Assembly: GCA_964016885.1 (NCBI GenBank)
Contig: OZ024740.1
Coordinates: forward strand, 385,702,001-385,766,000
DNA from: Eledone cirrhosa
Lineage: Eukaryota
Reading direction: 5' to 3'
DNA length: 64,000 nt
Under the pieces are notes generated by a model that saw only the letters and a program-made list of their open reading frames with translations, was not told the DNA's origin and did no database searches. Positions 12,802-24,400 of the stretch are shown here, in pieces; positions within the stretch are counted from its first letter, which is position 1; the number at the start of each line of letters is the position of its first letter. The position numbers and the translations under genes are program-made.

Positions 12802-14393
12802 GTAAGAAATTCTTTTTTTTATTTTCCTCATTATTCCCACATTTCACTTTCTCTCTTTAAATTATTGAATTTGCTTGTTGCCCTTTAACAATTTTGACAG
12901 TAAACCTCATGAGAGGGTTCTAGTAAAGAGTTTGAAATTTAAATTCAAACCATAAACTGAAATCTTGTTATTGCATGTTAAATTTCAATAGGGAAACATT
13001 TTCTATTACCATTAGATTAAATGTTAGTTATTTCACAAAGCCTTTGGAAATTCTTAGGAATTTTTTTAAAAATTAAATCATAAAAAAACATTGGATTCTT
13101 GGTATGGTTACAAAATACTTAAATCAAACCAAAACATTACAATAGTTATGTCATAGTACTATGTGGATGTAGGCATGGCTGTGTAGTTAAAAAGTTCTCT
13201 TAGCAATCATAAGACTCCAAGTTTGATCCCACTACTTGTTTTTTGGGGCATATGTTTTTACCACACAACCTTGCATTGATCCTAGCCATGTGAGTGAAAT
13301 TGGATAGATAGAAACTGTGTGGAAACCCATCAGAGGAAATTTACCTGTAATTCAAAGGTCCAGTTGGAGGATTACATTTATGTTACATGTGTCTGTAGAA
13401 TGCTCAGCTACTTACAAACAGCTGAATGCTCATTATTGAAAATTGATGGCAGATCCATCACAGAGCTACTGACCCCATGGTCATGATTTCAAATTTTTAT
13501 ATAACTTTGTAAGCAATCTTTACTTGTTTCAGATTGTCATTAGTAATGTACAGAGAATTAGTTCAACAGAAATTGTCAGGGGAAAATGGATGTGAAATAA
13601 TATGGCTTCATAAGTTCGAGAATCTTTTAATGAGGAAACAGATTGCGTTCAGTTTATTTACACTCTTAACATGTTGCATGTTAGAGTATCAATAATACCA
13701 ATAGATAAGAGATGAATTGGCAAAGTTGTTAGAACCTTGGACAGAATGCTTATGGTATTCGTTTTGGCTCTATGTGCTTCTGAGATTGATGAAAGAATAC
13801 CAGTTAGGTACTAGAGTTGTTTCTTCCTCTGTAACTCTTTCTTAATTCCCTTCTCTCCCTCTTTCTCTCTATCTCTCTCTCTCCCCCCTCCTTCCTCCTC
13901 TCTCTGGGACAAATTGGCTGTGTTCAGAACTGGAGAAGAATGAACTCAGCAAGGTTTAACAAATACCCAAGACACTGAATCTCCTTGAGAATTATATCAA
14001 ATGTACACATGCCTGTGGAGTGCCCAGCCACTTATACATTAATTTCATGTTCTGACTGTTCCATAGATTGAACAACTGGAACACTCATCATAGAAAGTGA
14101 CAGAGGTCTCTTCCACATTTAAGTATTAGTGGTGAATTCTTTGTCAGTTTCATTGATGAGCACTCAATTGTTCAAACAGCTCTATTACTAACAAAATTAT
14201 TGTACAAGCAACTGAGTATTCAACAAATATGTGTACCCTTAATGTAATTCTCTGACTGAATCAGGGACTGCAACAAGGATGGGCCTTTGAATTACAGATA
14301 CATTCCTGAGAGAGAGCAGGGAGGAGGAAGAGGAAGAAGAAGAGTGTAAAGAGCCAAAATTAACACTGTTAGGTATTCTATCTTATGCTTTAA

Positions 14394-14852
14394 CCCGGCA
14401 TTTAAACCGAACCAGCCATATCCGGCCAGAATTCTTTCACCTCTTTCTGTTCAAATTGGCTGCAACCAGCCACTCATACTGATGTAAAGGCATTGATCTC
14501 AAAATAAATAATATCAAAATCTCAGAATCGCTATTATGTGAGATAATTATGTGAGGTAAAGCCTTTATCGTGAAAATATAGTATTGTATATAAAGTAATG
14601 TAAATGCTAAAGGGTTAATGACTGCTGCTAATTCACTACATTAACCCTTTAGCAGTTAAACCGGCCGTATCTGGCCAGAATTCTCTCACTGCTTTCTGTT
14701 CAAATCAGCTGTAACTGGCCACTATTACCAATGTTAAGGTATTGTTCTCAAAATAAATAACATCAAATTCTCATAGATTCGATATTATGTGAGATAAAGC
14801 CTTTACTGCGAAAATACAATAGCATATATAGAGTAATGTAAATACTAAAGGG
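14394..14852. mobile_element. Two tandem piggyBac-type MITEs (14394-14614, 14645-14852)
   Basis: Each is TTAA|CCC...GGG|TTAA; second has TIR CCCTTTAGCA / TACTAAAGGG; internal sequences are homologous. Confidence 0.85.
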
Positions 14853-15267
14853 TTAAACCATAAGTAGGAATGTTCTATAAGACACTTTGTTGTTGGATCA
14901 CCACCAAAACTTCGTACTAAACAGATATTTCCAAATCTTTAGTAATTAGATTCATTCATTACTGTGATCTGTTGAAACCATCAGTTATGTCCTGTTTCTA
15001 CTGCTCACATTTGTGAGCTTTTCTTCCATATTGTACCTATTTTCAGCTAGTTTGACTTTTTCATTTCTTTTCATGCCACATCATGTCTAGTGGTCAGTTA
15101 ATATGCAATGAACAGTTATGACATATATGTGTACATGCATGGCCAAAGTTAACTTTGCCTTTCATCCTTACAGGGTCAATAAAATAAAGCACTGGTAATG
15201 CACTGGGATAATTGCTGGCCTTGTGCCAAAAGAAGAAACAATTATTCATCAACATACTTTTCATGCA

Positions 15268-15593
15268 AGTGCATGGTTTAGTGGTTAGAGAATTAGATTT
15301 GCAATTGTTAGGTTGCAAGTTTGATTCCCGGACTGGGCAATGCATTATGTCCTTGAACAAGACACTTTATTTCACATTGCTCTTTCTGTCAGGTGTTGAG
15401 ACTGGTAGATAGTATCAGAAATGGAAAGGCCAATGGAGTCATTGTTTCCTTCGTCTGATTTGATGAGTTCCACCCCACCCAGTAAGTGAATGAGGTCTGG
15501 GAACTTGTCAACCAATGGAGACATAATTTTCTTGGTCTGATTTGACAAGTTCTACCCTATCCAGTAAGTGAATGAGGTCTGGGAACTTATCAA
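15268..15593 (+). mobile_element. tRNA-derived SINE subfamily with an internal 82 bp duplication
   Basis: TGGTTTAGTGG A box, GTTTGATTCC B box; CAATGGAG...GGAACTT.TCAA repeated at 15431 and 15513; related minus copy at about 37300-37515. Confidence 0.75.
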
Positions 15594-16201
15594 TTGCCTA
15601 AAATAATAAAAATTAAAAAAATTACAGATTGACTTGTTCCCCATTAGTTTAACTAGACCATTAAAAATATGTGTCTTTGCTGGGACCTAGTACAATGTTA
15701 GCAATAGAATATGAACCATAAACTATGGACTAACGGTGATTCAGCTGTAAATTTCTCATTTCAATGATGTTTTTTCGTTTTTTTTTATCAAACTGTTTAT
15801 TTTAGTTTTATCAACACAACCATTCCTACTTCAATACTCAAAAACTAAAAATGAAATAAAATATCTATAATAAAAAACATTGTCAGAATGAATCTTCAAG
15901 TAAAAACAATGTTTTCTCATTTTCTGATAGTAGAGAAAGAGAGGGTTATTTGCCTGATTTTATTTCTATTCAATTATTTGATAATAGTCATTGTAACTTT
16001 TTTCTTTATTCTATTTGAAAAATATTTAAAATGTTTTTCTTAGTGTTTTTTTTTATTATATTTGAAGCAGTTTTCTTATAGTTTTATCTCCTTTTTCTAA
16101 ATAAGAAAATAGTTCTTCTTGGAACATTAAAAAAAATATATATTAAATGAAATTAATGATAAAATTAATGACTTTTAATGTTAATATTGGCTAATTTTCA
16201 G

Positions 16202-16307
16202 ATCCTGGAAATACAGGAAGAACTGCTCCAACAATTGTTGTTCCTCCCGTTAATACAACCACTAACAACAAAGAAATTACTCATTTTATCTGTATTGTCA
16301 ATGCTAG
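16202..16307 (+). CDS. sdk: Sidekick-like protein exon, N-half of Ig domain 3
   Basis: Not in frame in the ORF track. TTTTCAG acceptor (16200-16201), AG|GTAACC donor at 16308, phase 1/2; reads NPGNTGRTAPTIVVPPVNTTTNNKEITHFICIVNAR, with the APTIVVPPxN...CIxxARP motif of Sidekick Ig3. Confidence 0.88.
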
Positions 16308-17419
16308 GTAACCAGAAAGTTTTCTATTTTCTTTTTGTACAAACTTTTCTTATTGTTGTCGTTGATCTTCTTCTAGTGTCTTGTTTGCTGTACACATAAA
16401 ACATTTGCACACTTTTAAGAGTATCACTTAGATGGATTTACTGGCATTGCAACTGATTGATTTCATTGAATCTTGTAAGATTTCTTGCGAGTTTCTTTAT
16501 TCTGTAGTTGACTTTCACCTAATAATAGATATTTTATAGATTGAATCAGTCATGAAATGTAATGTGGGAATGGCAAACGTTTGTGTGACAGAGTGGTTAG
16601 TATATGAATGATGGGAACTGAATGAAATAAAGAAAACAGATGTTAAAGCTTTAAAGACTCAGGTGATAATGAAGTAGGTGATGAATCTGATGATGATGTA
16701 ATAGGAAAAAGAGACAGAGTAGGGGGGTGATAGGATGGTTGGATTGTAGGATATTGATGATAAAGTTAGCTTTAACTGACAGTTAATGAAACTGAATGAA
16801 AGCAAACTAGGCATGATTCTGGAATTATCATCATAGGCATTAAATTGAAAACAAACTAAGTATAAAAGGAATATACAATTACAGGGCACCAAATGATTTT
16901 TTTTTCACTTGTCTGATTGTTGAAGATGTCACATCAGATGTCATAAGAAGTGAACATAGTATTATACAAATAGGCATTCTCAGCTACAAATTGATAGATA
17001 TCCTATATATTTTTCACTTATCTTCAGGTACCATATATCTAAATATATAAATATCCTTGGACAGTTTATATGTAACAAAGCAAAGCACAATGAAGCATGA
17101 AGACAATGCAGTGGGAGAACCAGTAGATTTTAAAAGCATTACCATGTATGCAGGAGAAATTACTGTGCTAATAGAGACATATGGTGTGAATGAATAAGTG
17201 TTGGTGTGGCTGTGGAGTTTAGGAGTTTGTTTTGCAGTCACATGGTTTGAGTTCAGTCCTACTGAATAGTACCTTGGGCATATACATTCTACTATAGCTT
17301 TCATTTAGTCACTGCCCTGTGGATGAAATTTGGTAGAAGGAAACTGTGCAGAAGCCCATTACATGCTCACCCACACACTGATGAGCACATATATATAAAC
17401 ATGTACACATATACATATA

Positions 17420-17519
17420 CAGTGTGTCACCAAAAAATGTATACACACTTTGATTACCTGTACAGGCAATATTTATTAGAATGCTGTTGAAGTGTGTATA
17501 CATTTTGGGGGTACAAATG
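17420..17519. mobile_element. Short Tc1/mariner-type MITE
   Basis: TA|CAGTGTGTCACCAAAAAATGTATACACACTT ... AAGTGTGTATACATTTTGGGGGTACAAATG imperfect TIRs. Confidence 0.55.
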
Positions 17520-17545
17520 TGTGTGTGTGTATATATATATATGTA

Positions 17546-17580
<35 letters not shown>

Positions 17581-17650
17581 CCCAGGTGCAAATGAGGGTA
17601 GCCACAGTAAGTAAGGTACTCAATGCAGAGTAGAGTTTATACAAGATTTA

Positions 17651-17768
17651 ATATAGAAATAGCTTCTTCACGACTAGAACAGTTTCATTCGAAGGATATC
17701 ATCAGGGGCCTTCCTGATTATTTCCTTCAAATGAAACAGTTCTAGCCCTGTAGAAGCCATTTATATAT
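17651..17768. repeat. Near-perfect palindrome, 56 bp arms with 6 bp loop
   Basis: CTAGAACAGTTTCATTCGAAGGATATCATCAGG-ggcctt-CCTGATTATTTCCTTCAAATGAAACAGTTCTAG, extending outward with mismatches. Confidence 0.9.
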
Positions 17769-17819
17769 ATATATAGGAATAATTATGGTCCATCTGGTTC
17801 CTTACCAGAACTCCTTCGT

Positions 17820-17916
<97 letters not shown>

Positions 17917-17934
17917 ATATATTATATATATATA

Positions 17935-17998
<64 letters not shown>

Positions 17999-18010
17999 AT
18001 TTATATATAT
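17820..18010. repeat. (TA)n microsatellite
   Basis: Seen directly; other TA/CA compound tracts at 6065-6270, 31205-31288, 59760-59930, 60045-60172, 60520-60680. Confidence 0.95.
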
Positions 18011-18099
18011 TTGTGTATATGTGTGTCCATGCTATGTTCATATTTACTGTTTGTTTATGTCCCATAACAAAATGAGATCAATAAAATAAGTAACATTCA

Positions 18100-18437
18100 T
18101 TTCATTTCATTTTCATTTTACGTCCGCTTCTCCCTGCTTGCAAGGGTGGGACGGGAACTGATTTTTGGCTTGATTTCTACAGCTGGATGCCCTTCCTAAC
18201 ACCAACCTCATTTACAGTGAATGCTGGGTGCTTTTTTGCCGTGGCACCTACACGACCACTTTGCAGTGGAATGATAGGGGCCCCAGTCCTATCATCTCAT
18301 TTCTACAGCTGAGTAAACTGGAGCAATGTGAAATAAAGTGTCTTGCTCAGGGAAACAACACATCACCCAGTCTGAGAATTGAACTCACAACCTTTCGATT
18401 GCAACACCAATGCTCTAACCACTAAGCCATGTGCCTC
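18100..18437 (-). mobile_element. tRNA-derived SINE family B with RTE-like 3' tail
   Basis: Minus strand starts GGAGGCACATGGCTTAGTGGTTAG (A box), GAGTTCAATTC (B box), AGCAAGACACTTTATTTCACATTGCTCCAG core; tail CCCTTGCAAGCAGGG..GGACGTAAAATG. Near-identical to 57780-58127. Confidence 0.88.
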
Positions 18438-19616
18438 CATATATATATATATGTCACTGCCTTCTCAGCCAGGCCTAGGACATAAGCACCTTAGTGTTGA
18501 AATGTAATGCTGGTGCCACAGTAAAACACGCCTGGTACATAATTAAAAGTAGTTGACATTAGGAAGGGCATCCTTTATTAGAAATCATGCCAGGATAGAC
18601 TATATGAGTAAGACACAATCATCTGACTTGTCTAGCCTTACAACATGATAACCCATCTAAACCATGCTATGCAGGTATGGAATATAGAGATAAAACAGTG
18701 ATGATGATATATATTTAATAAATAGGCTACTCACATAGTAGCCTATTTATTAAATTAATAAGTGGCTGAGTATTCCACAAACACACAATTCTCAGGAAAA
18801 TTCAGCCTAATCCATAGTCTGATAAAGCTGGTCCTTTGAAGTACATGTACAGTCAATCTGACAAGCTTTCAAACAGTTTCTACTTCCCCAATTTCACTTA
18901 GAAGGCTTGGGTCAGCTCTAAGTTATGGTAAAAGTTACTTGTCCAAGATGCCATGAATGGAATCGAACCTGGTACCTCATGGTTTTGAAACAAGTTTCTT
19001 GACCATTCAGCCATGCTGCATATACCCAGTAATTCTCAGCTGTAAAGTATTCCCAAGGTGCCACGTAGTGGTGTGAAACCTGGTACTATTTGGTTGTGAA
19101 GTGAACTTCTTATGAACTGCTATACTGATATGCAGATATAAATGTAGAACAAACAACAACAAAATTGCTGTAATGAATTCTAAGTCCACTTGAAATTTTG
19201 TTTCCTTAGACTTTATCTCAACTTTGCAGTTCTCCCATTTTATTAGTAATTGTTCATTTTGTGTGAAAAAGATAAGTTCATATCTTAGAGTGATTTACAA
19301 GACTATATTAAAATAATACTTATATTTATCAGCCAGCAATAATCAAGATTTTGATTTTCATTAGATCTGCAAACAGCTATATTATAACTCATGAGTGCTT
19401 TTTTTTGTCTTCATATAACAGACATCTTGTGGAATACTGTCTGAAACAGACTAAATATATTTACATATATTGAAGTTATTAATTTATATGCTGTGTTGTG
19501 TAGTCAATATTTTTCTATGCTTTGAAAATGTTCAATATTCTTTTAACTTTATATTTCTGTAATTGTTCTATAGATAATTTGTTTTTTAATCTATTCTGTT
19601 AATGTTTTCCTTGCAG

Positions 19617-19819
19617 GCCATTAAAATATAACATCTCATGGTTCCGAATACTGGAAAATAAACGTATCTTACTTACTGGGTCTAAATACATACTATCAAA
19701 GTATAAACGGAAATTAAATATTAAAAATCCCACTAGTTCAGACAGTGGTATCTATGAATGTGTTGTGGAATCTTCAAACTACCCCACTGTTAGAGCATCA
19801 GCTCATCTTACCGTACAAG
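19617..19819 (+). CDS. sdk: Sidekick-like protein exon, C-half of Ig domain 3
   Basis: Not in the ORF track. TTGCAG acceptor (19615-19616), G|GTAAGT donor at 19820, phase 2/1; reads PLKYNISWFR...KRKLNIKNPTSSDSGIYECVVESSNYPTVRASAHLTVQ. Confidence 0.9.
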
Positions 19820-20149
19820 GTAAGTTCTCCAATAAAATAATACATTTACTTTTGTCAGGAGTTCAGTTAATCTGTTTTCTACACTTTTTTTATCAGAGAG
19901 CACAGGTGGCTGATTAAGAGGTCAGCAGTTCATATGATGCCACCAGCACTGCATTTTATCCATAAATATTTATCTTAGAAATGGCTCAAAATCCCAGTAT
20001 ATCAGTATATTTGCTGGTATTATGGATTACAATTGAGTAAGGACAACACACGTCTAAAATTAGCAGTAAAAAGAATTAATGTTTTTCATAAACTCAGAGG
20101 TTCATTAGGCCGGGGCTTATCCCAGTTTCAAGTTGCTTAGTGCTCAAAA

Positions 20150-20307
20150 GGGACACCATTCCATCACTGGGTTAAGGGACACCATTCCATCACTGGGTTA
20201 GGGGACACCATTCCATCACTGGGTTAAAAGGGACACCATTCCATCACTGGGTTAAGGGACACCATTCCATCACTGGGTTAAGGGACACCATTCCATCACT
20301 GGGTTAA
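20150..20307. repeat. 26 bp minisatellite, six copies (GGGACACCATTCCATCACTGGGTTAA)
   Basis: Starts at 20150, 20176, 20202, 20230, 20256, 20282; lies within a SINE. Confidence 0.95.
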
Positions 20308-20830
20308 ACTTCAGCTGCTGCTGCAGGCACTTACTTTCAGCTGAATCGACTGAAGCAATATGCTTAAGTAAACAATGCACCATTCAGTCTGGGTTCAAAA
20401 CATCGAACCAAAAATGTAATCACAAAGTTCTTGGTTCACACAATGTAATATCTCTTTTGGTGAACCCTGGGCAAAACAAATTACTTAACTTGATACAGTT
20501 TACAATATGAATTTAGACAGCAATCTCACTTCAGTTTCATAGTTGAATGGTTAGAGAGAGAAATTGACATTAAGCTGGAAGATTACTGGCTTCATCAATT
20601 TTGATATAACTGTCTGATTAATTTAGTTTATCAGAGCATTGTCCTGATATCACAAATGTCATTTTAGACCCTATACTGATCGTATCTTTAATTTTGGAGA
20701 TGGTATTTTGTTTGATACTCTACTAATTCTGGCATGTGGTATTTGATCACGCCCATTTACATTCTGATTTTAAATCTTATTTCCTTATTCCAAGGTTGAT
20801 AAAATATATACCAGACTGAATTCAATTTAA

Positions 20831-21066
20831 CCCCTTTGATTCTAACCTGCCCAAAACTATCTCTGATTCTATGAAACAAAGCCATGCATTTTAAAATATT
20901 CTTATATAATTAAAATCTTTCAGCATAATTTACTATAAAAAAACTTTTAAGTTTTGTTGTAAAAAATATCTTAATAATGAAATAATTAATGACTTAAGTA
21001 AATCCCTCTAAATTCTTCATTAATTAATTCAGTTACATTATATTCATAAATATAGTAACGAAGGGG
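20831..21066. mobile_element. piggyBac-type MITE, third family
   Basis: TTAA|CCCCTTTGAT ... AACGAAGGGG|TTAA; related copies near 4510-4748, 26690-27127 (SINE inserted) and 51200-51447. Confidence 0.68.
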
Positions 21067-21114
21067 TTAATTGACTAAAACTCATAAGGGTAGTGTTCCA
21101 AAATAATAAGTTTA

Positions 21115-21480
21115 GTGACTGTTATAGGGATGCTCCTCACAGAGAGATGGGTAGACCAAGTAAGTGAGGTAATCAGAGTAAGTGATAGAATAATTAAACT
21201 TAGACAAGACTTGGGCAATACTACAGCCACTATACTATCTGCTTATGCCCTACAAGCTGGGCTTGCCAATGAACAAAAAGACCATTTCTATGAGGCCTTC
21301 CTACAGACTATTGCAAGGACAGATGACAGTTATCTTATGATCGTAGCTGGTGACTTCACTGGACATATTGAGAAATAACAGGTCAGATTCCCTGGTATAC
21401 ACAGAGGCTATGGATATGGCACAAGAAATGAGGAGGGAACTAAGGTTCTGGAGTTCTGTGCTGCTCTTGACTTAGTGATC
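21115..21480 (+). mobile_element. LINE AP-endonuclease fragment (RTE-type)
   Basis: VIRVSDRII, ILSAYA.Q.G, KDHFYE, IVAGDF.GH, then GYGYGTRNEEG after a stop. Confidence 0.85.
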
Positions 21481-24400
21481 TGATATTACTTTTAAAACAG
21501 TTTTTCCAAAGATAAATCATGCAAGCATAAAAATAAATTGCTTGTGATCAACATATACTGTATGTAAACCATTCGGGTTTGTATAAAATGGGCCTACATC
21601 TTAAAAGTCAATCAGTTTCCCATATATGTTCAGGATCCTTATATAAAAGTACCTTTGGGTGTCAAGTTTTGAAGGAGGCATAACATCAAATTTTCTGGAA
21701 GCTGAAGATACTTAGGAAGAAATGATAGTAGAAGGGGTTGGAGTTATATCTTTTACGCTAAGTGATGCAGTTATGTGTGGAACAGGATGTTAAGAGTTTT
21801 ACGGCTGTTTTTAATCTCTTAAAAACATTTACAAACCACATATATTCAGAACTGCACTATTTAAAATTCTTGTGAGATGCAGGCCTTTGAATGTCAATGT
21901 AAAAATGCATCCATTGCTCACTTGAATCACAAAAATCTTTTATTTCCACTTCAATCAGGCATGATTTTCACATAATCTCTTTCTATTTAGTAATAAATAG
22001 ATAAATCTATCGAGTAATATTGAGATCTTGTACTTATGTATGAACAGATTATTTTCAGAGAGAAGCAAGTTTGTAATGCTATAATGAAAAGAGAGTTGCC
22101 CTAAATTCCTCATCGTTAAACTGTTTCTCTACTTTCTATGTTTATGTCCCATTAAGTTTGATTTTATCTTTCAATCATCTAAGATTATGGCTAAATATTC
22201 TCTTTAACGTTGTGAGGGTCAACACAATAAGAACCAGTACCACATTGCAATCAATTATATTCCTTCCATCAGAAGGAATCACTATGTTTATGAAAACAAT
22301 TGTTGATTTGAAATCAGATCAAAATTATGCTAAGTAGCATTTGGGATCAAGTAATTTTATTCAGTCCAATAAGTTACCCTTTTATTTTATAAGTAACATG
22401 TATATCTGTCTTGTTATACTAATACTCTTTTATCCAAATTAGTGTAAGATGAGTCTCTAAATTTGAACAGCAGCTAAAGTTGTTTATTTATTTTATGGCT
22501 AATCTGGGTCATCAAAATTACAAGTTCTTGCAGGTCAGCTGTGTCTGTATTTTGAAAATTCAGATAAGTTTGGGAATGGAAATAATCAAAATTGATTTAA
22601 ACATATTAAAGACAAATTTTCGAAGAAGTTCTTACCATAACCATCAAAATTGTAGGAATGGAAGTAAATTATCTTGATGTTAAACTGTATAATATGAAAA
22701 CTTGCTAGAGTATGATACTTGTATATGAAATAGAGATACATATGCTATGAATGTAGTACATGCTGTAAAGTGATATTGACTATGTGGAGTTGAGAAGGCC
22801 TCCTTCAGTCCTGTTGGGGACATAGCAACTTCCCCAGTGCTGGTGCCATGATAAACAACATCCAGTACACTCTGTAAAGTAGTTGGAATTAGGAAATGCA
22901 TTCAACCATTGAAACCATGCCAAAAAATAAACATGCAAACAGGTTGAGGTTCTCAAACCATGACAACCCATTGAATTCATTCCAGCATGGAAAGTGGATG
23001 TAAAAGGAGGGAGAGGAGTAGTGGTAGTAGTAGTGGTAGTGGTAGTAATGGTAGTAGTATTAGTGGTAGTGTATGAAATTATCAGACTATTGAATAATCA
23101 AGCCCCATAACATTCCTCCATGATTTATGCAAGAAAAACATCTTTATCACAAGACAAAAGTTTTCTATATGAAAAACGATCCATTTTACTTGGTTTAAGA
23201 TTTATTGCTACACAAAGGAAAAATGTACGACTGGAAAAGAAACTGTATTAACTGAAAATTAACTACATATGTCATCTTGAGAATAAAATCAAAATTCAGG
23301 AGCAAAACATCTTTTTTCATCTATGATAGTCTCTCATTTGTGAGGAAATTAGATAAATTTGGTTATTAAATCCATTGTGAAATAAAATTGTGTTTTGAAG
23401 TGTGCATAATTTTTGCTTTAAGGTTAATTAGATAGTTTATATATGACTCTGAAAAGCAAACTATGTTCATTCATTTAAATACTTGGTCATTGCTCTTAAC
23501 ATAATTTACTTATCGAAGACATTTTATACTAAATATAATTACTGTTCTCTCCTCCTCATCCATATCATCAGCATCATCCTATATTTTATATTGTTTGAGG
23601 CAAGGTGTTGTTCTCAACAGTAACCATTCTAAACTTAAGTACAGCCATATATTGGACACTGTATAGGTTTCCTTCCTTCATTCAATTACTTTAATTTTCT
23701 GAAGTATTTCCGAGAATTCTTCAAAATGCTTATTGATATAAAAATTTCTCAAGAAGAAATTGCACTGTAAATAAAATGGTGTAATTGAATTTGGAAAGCT
23801 AAATTTTCTCATTCTACTTTAGCATTGTAACTTCTGTGATTTCACTATGTTGCTATGCTGTAGTAGTAGTAGCAGTAGCAGCAGCAATGATAATGATAAT
23901 GATGATGAGTGACATCAATCTAAATAGTTAATAATAGAGATATTAACGTGTCATTTTTATTATTTTACTGCCCCGGGCCTGGACTACACATTCAATTTTG
24001 AATTTTTTTAAACATTGTTAAAAATAAAATGGAAATGTTTTGATCAAATTTGCTGTATTCATTTTCTCTGAAACTAAGACATACCAGAATATTTTGGACA
24101 CAGAAGGAGTTGGAGGTAAAAGATGTATCAGTATATTTTTAGCACTCGGAGATAAAGATTCATATTAACCCTATGTAGCAACACCCTATACAGGCCTGCA
24201 GCAATGTTTAATTCAACAGCTTTTTGGTTTCCTCTATAGTATTAGAAATCTGTTATACAAGAATGAAGATCACTAAATCCATCATAAATCCAGACTAGAT
24301 TACAGCAATAGAAATAATTGTCTATGCAGCAACTTGTCTATATATGATAAGGAATAAAAAATAGTTGTTATAATGGGGATGCAATGTTGAGTGATTATAA

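Noticed and set aside
9154-19616. Three consecutive introns of nearly equal length (3.3-3.4 kb) suggesting a duplicated unit
   Set aside because: No collinear similarity between the introns; treated as coincidence.
20150-20307. Six direct repeats resembling a CRISPR array
   Set aside because: No unique spacers, no cas genes, eukaryotic intron; it is a minisatellite.
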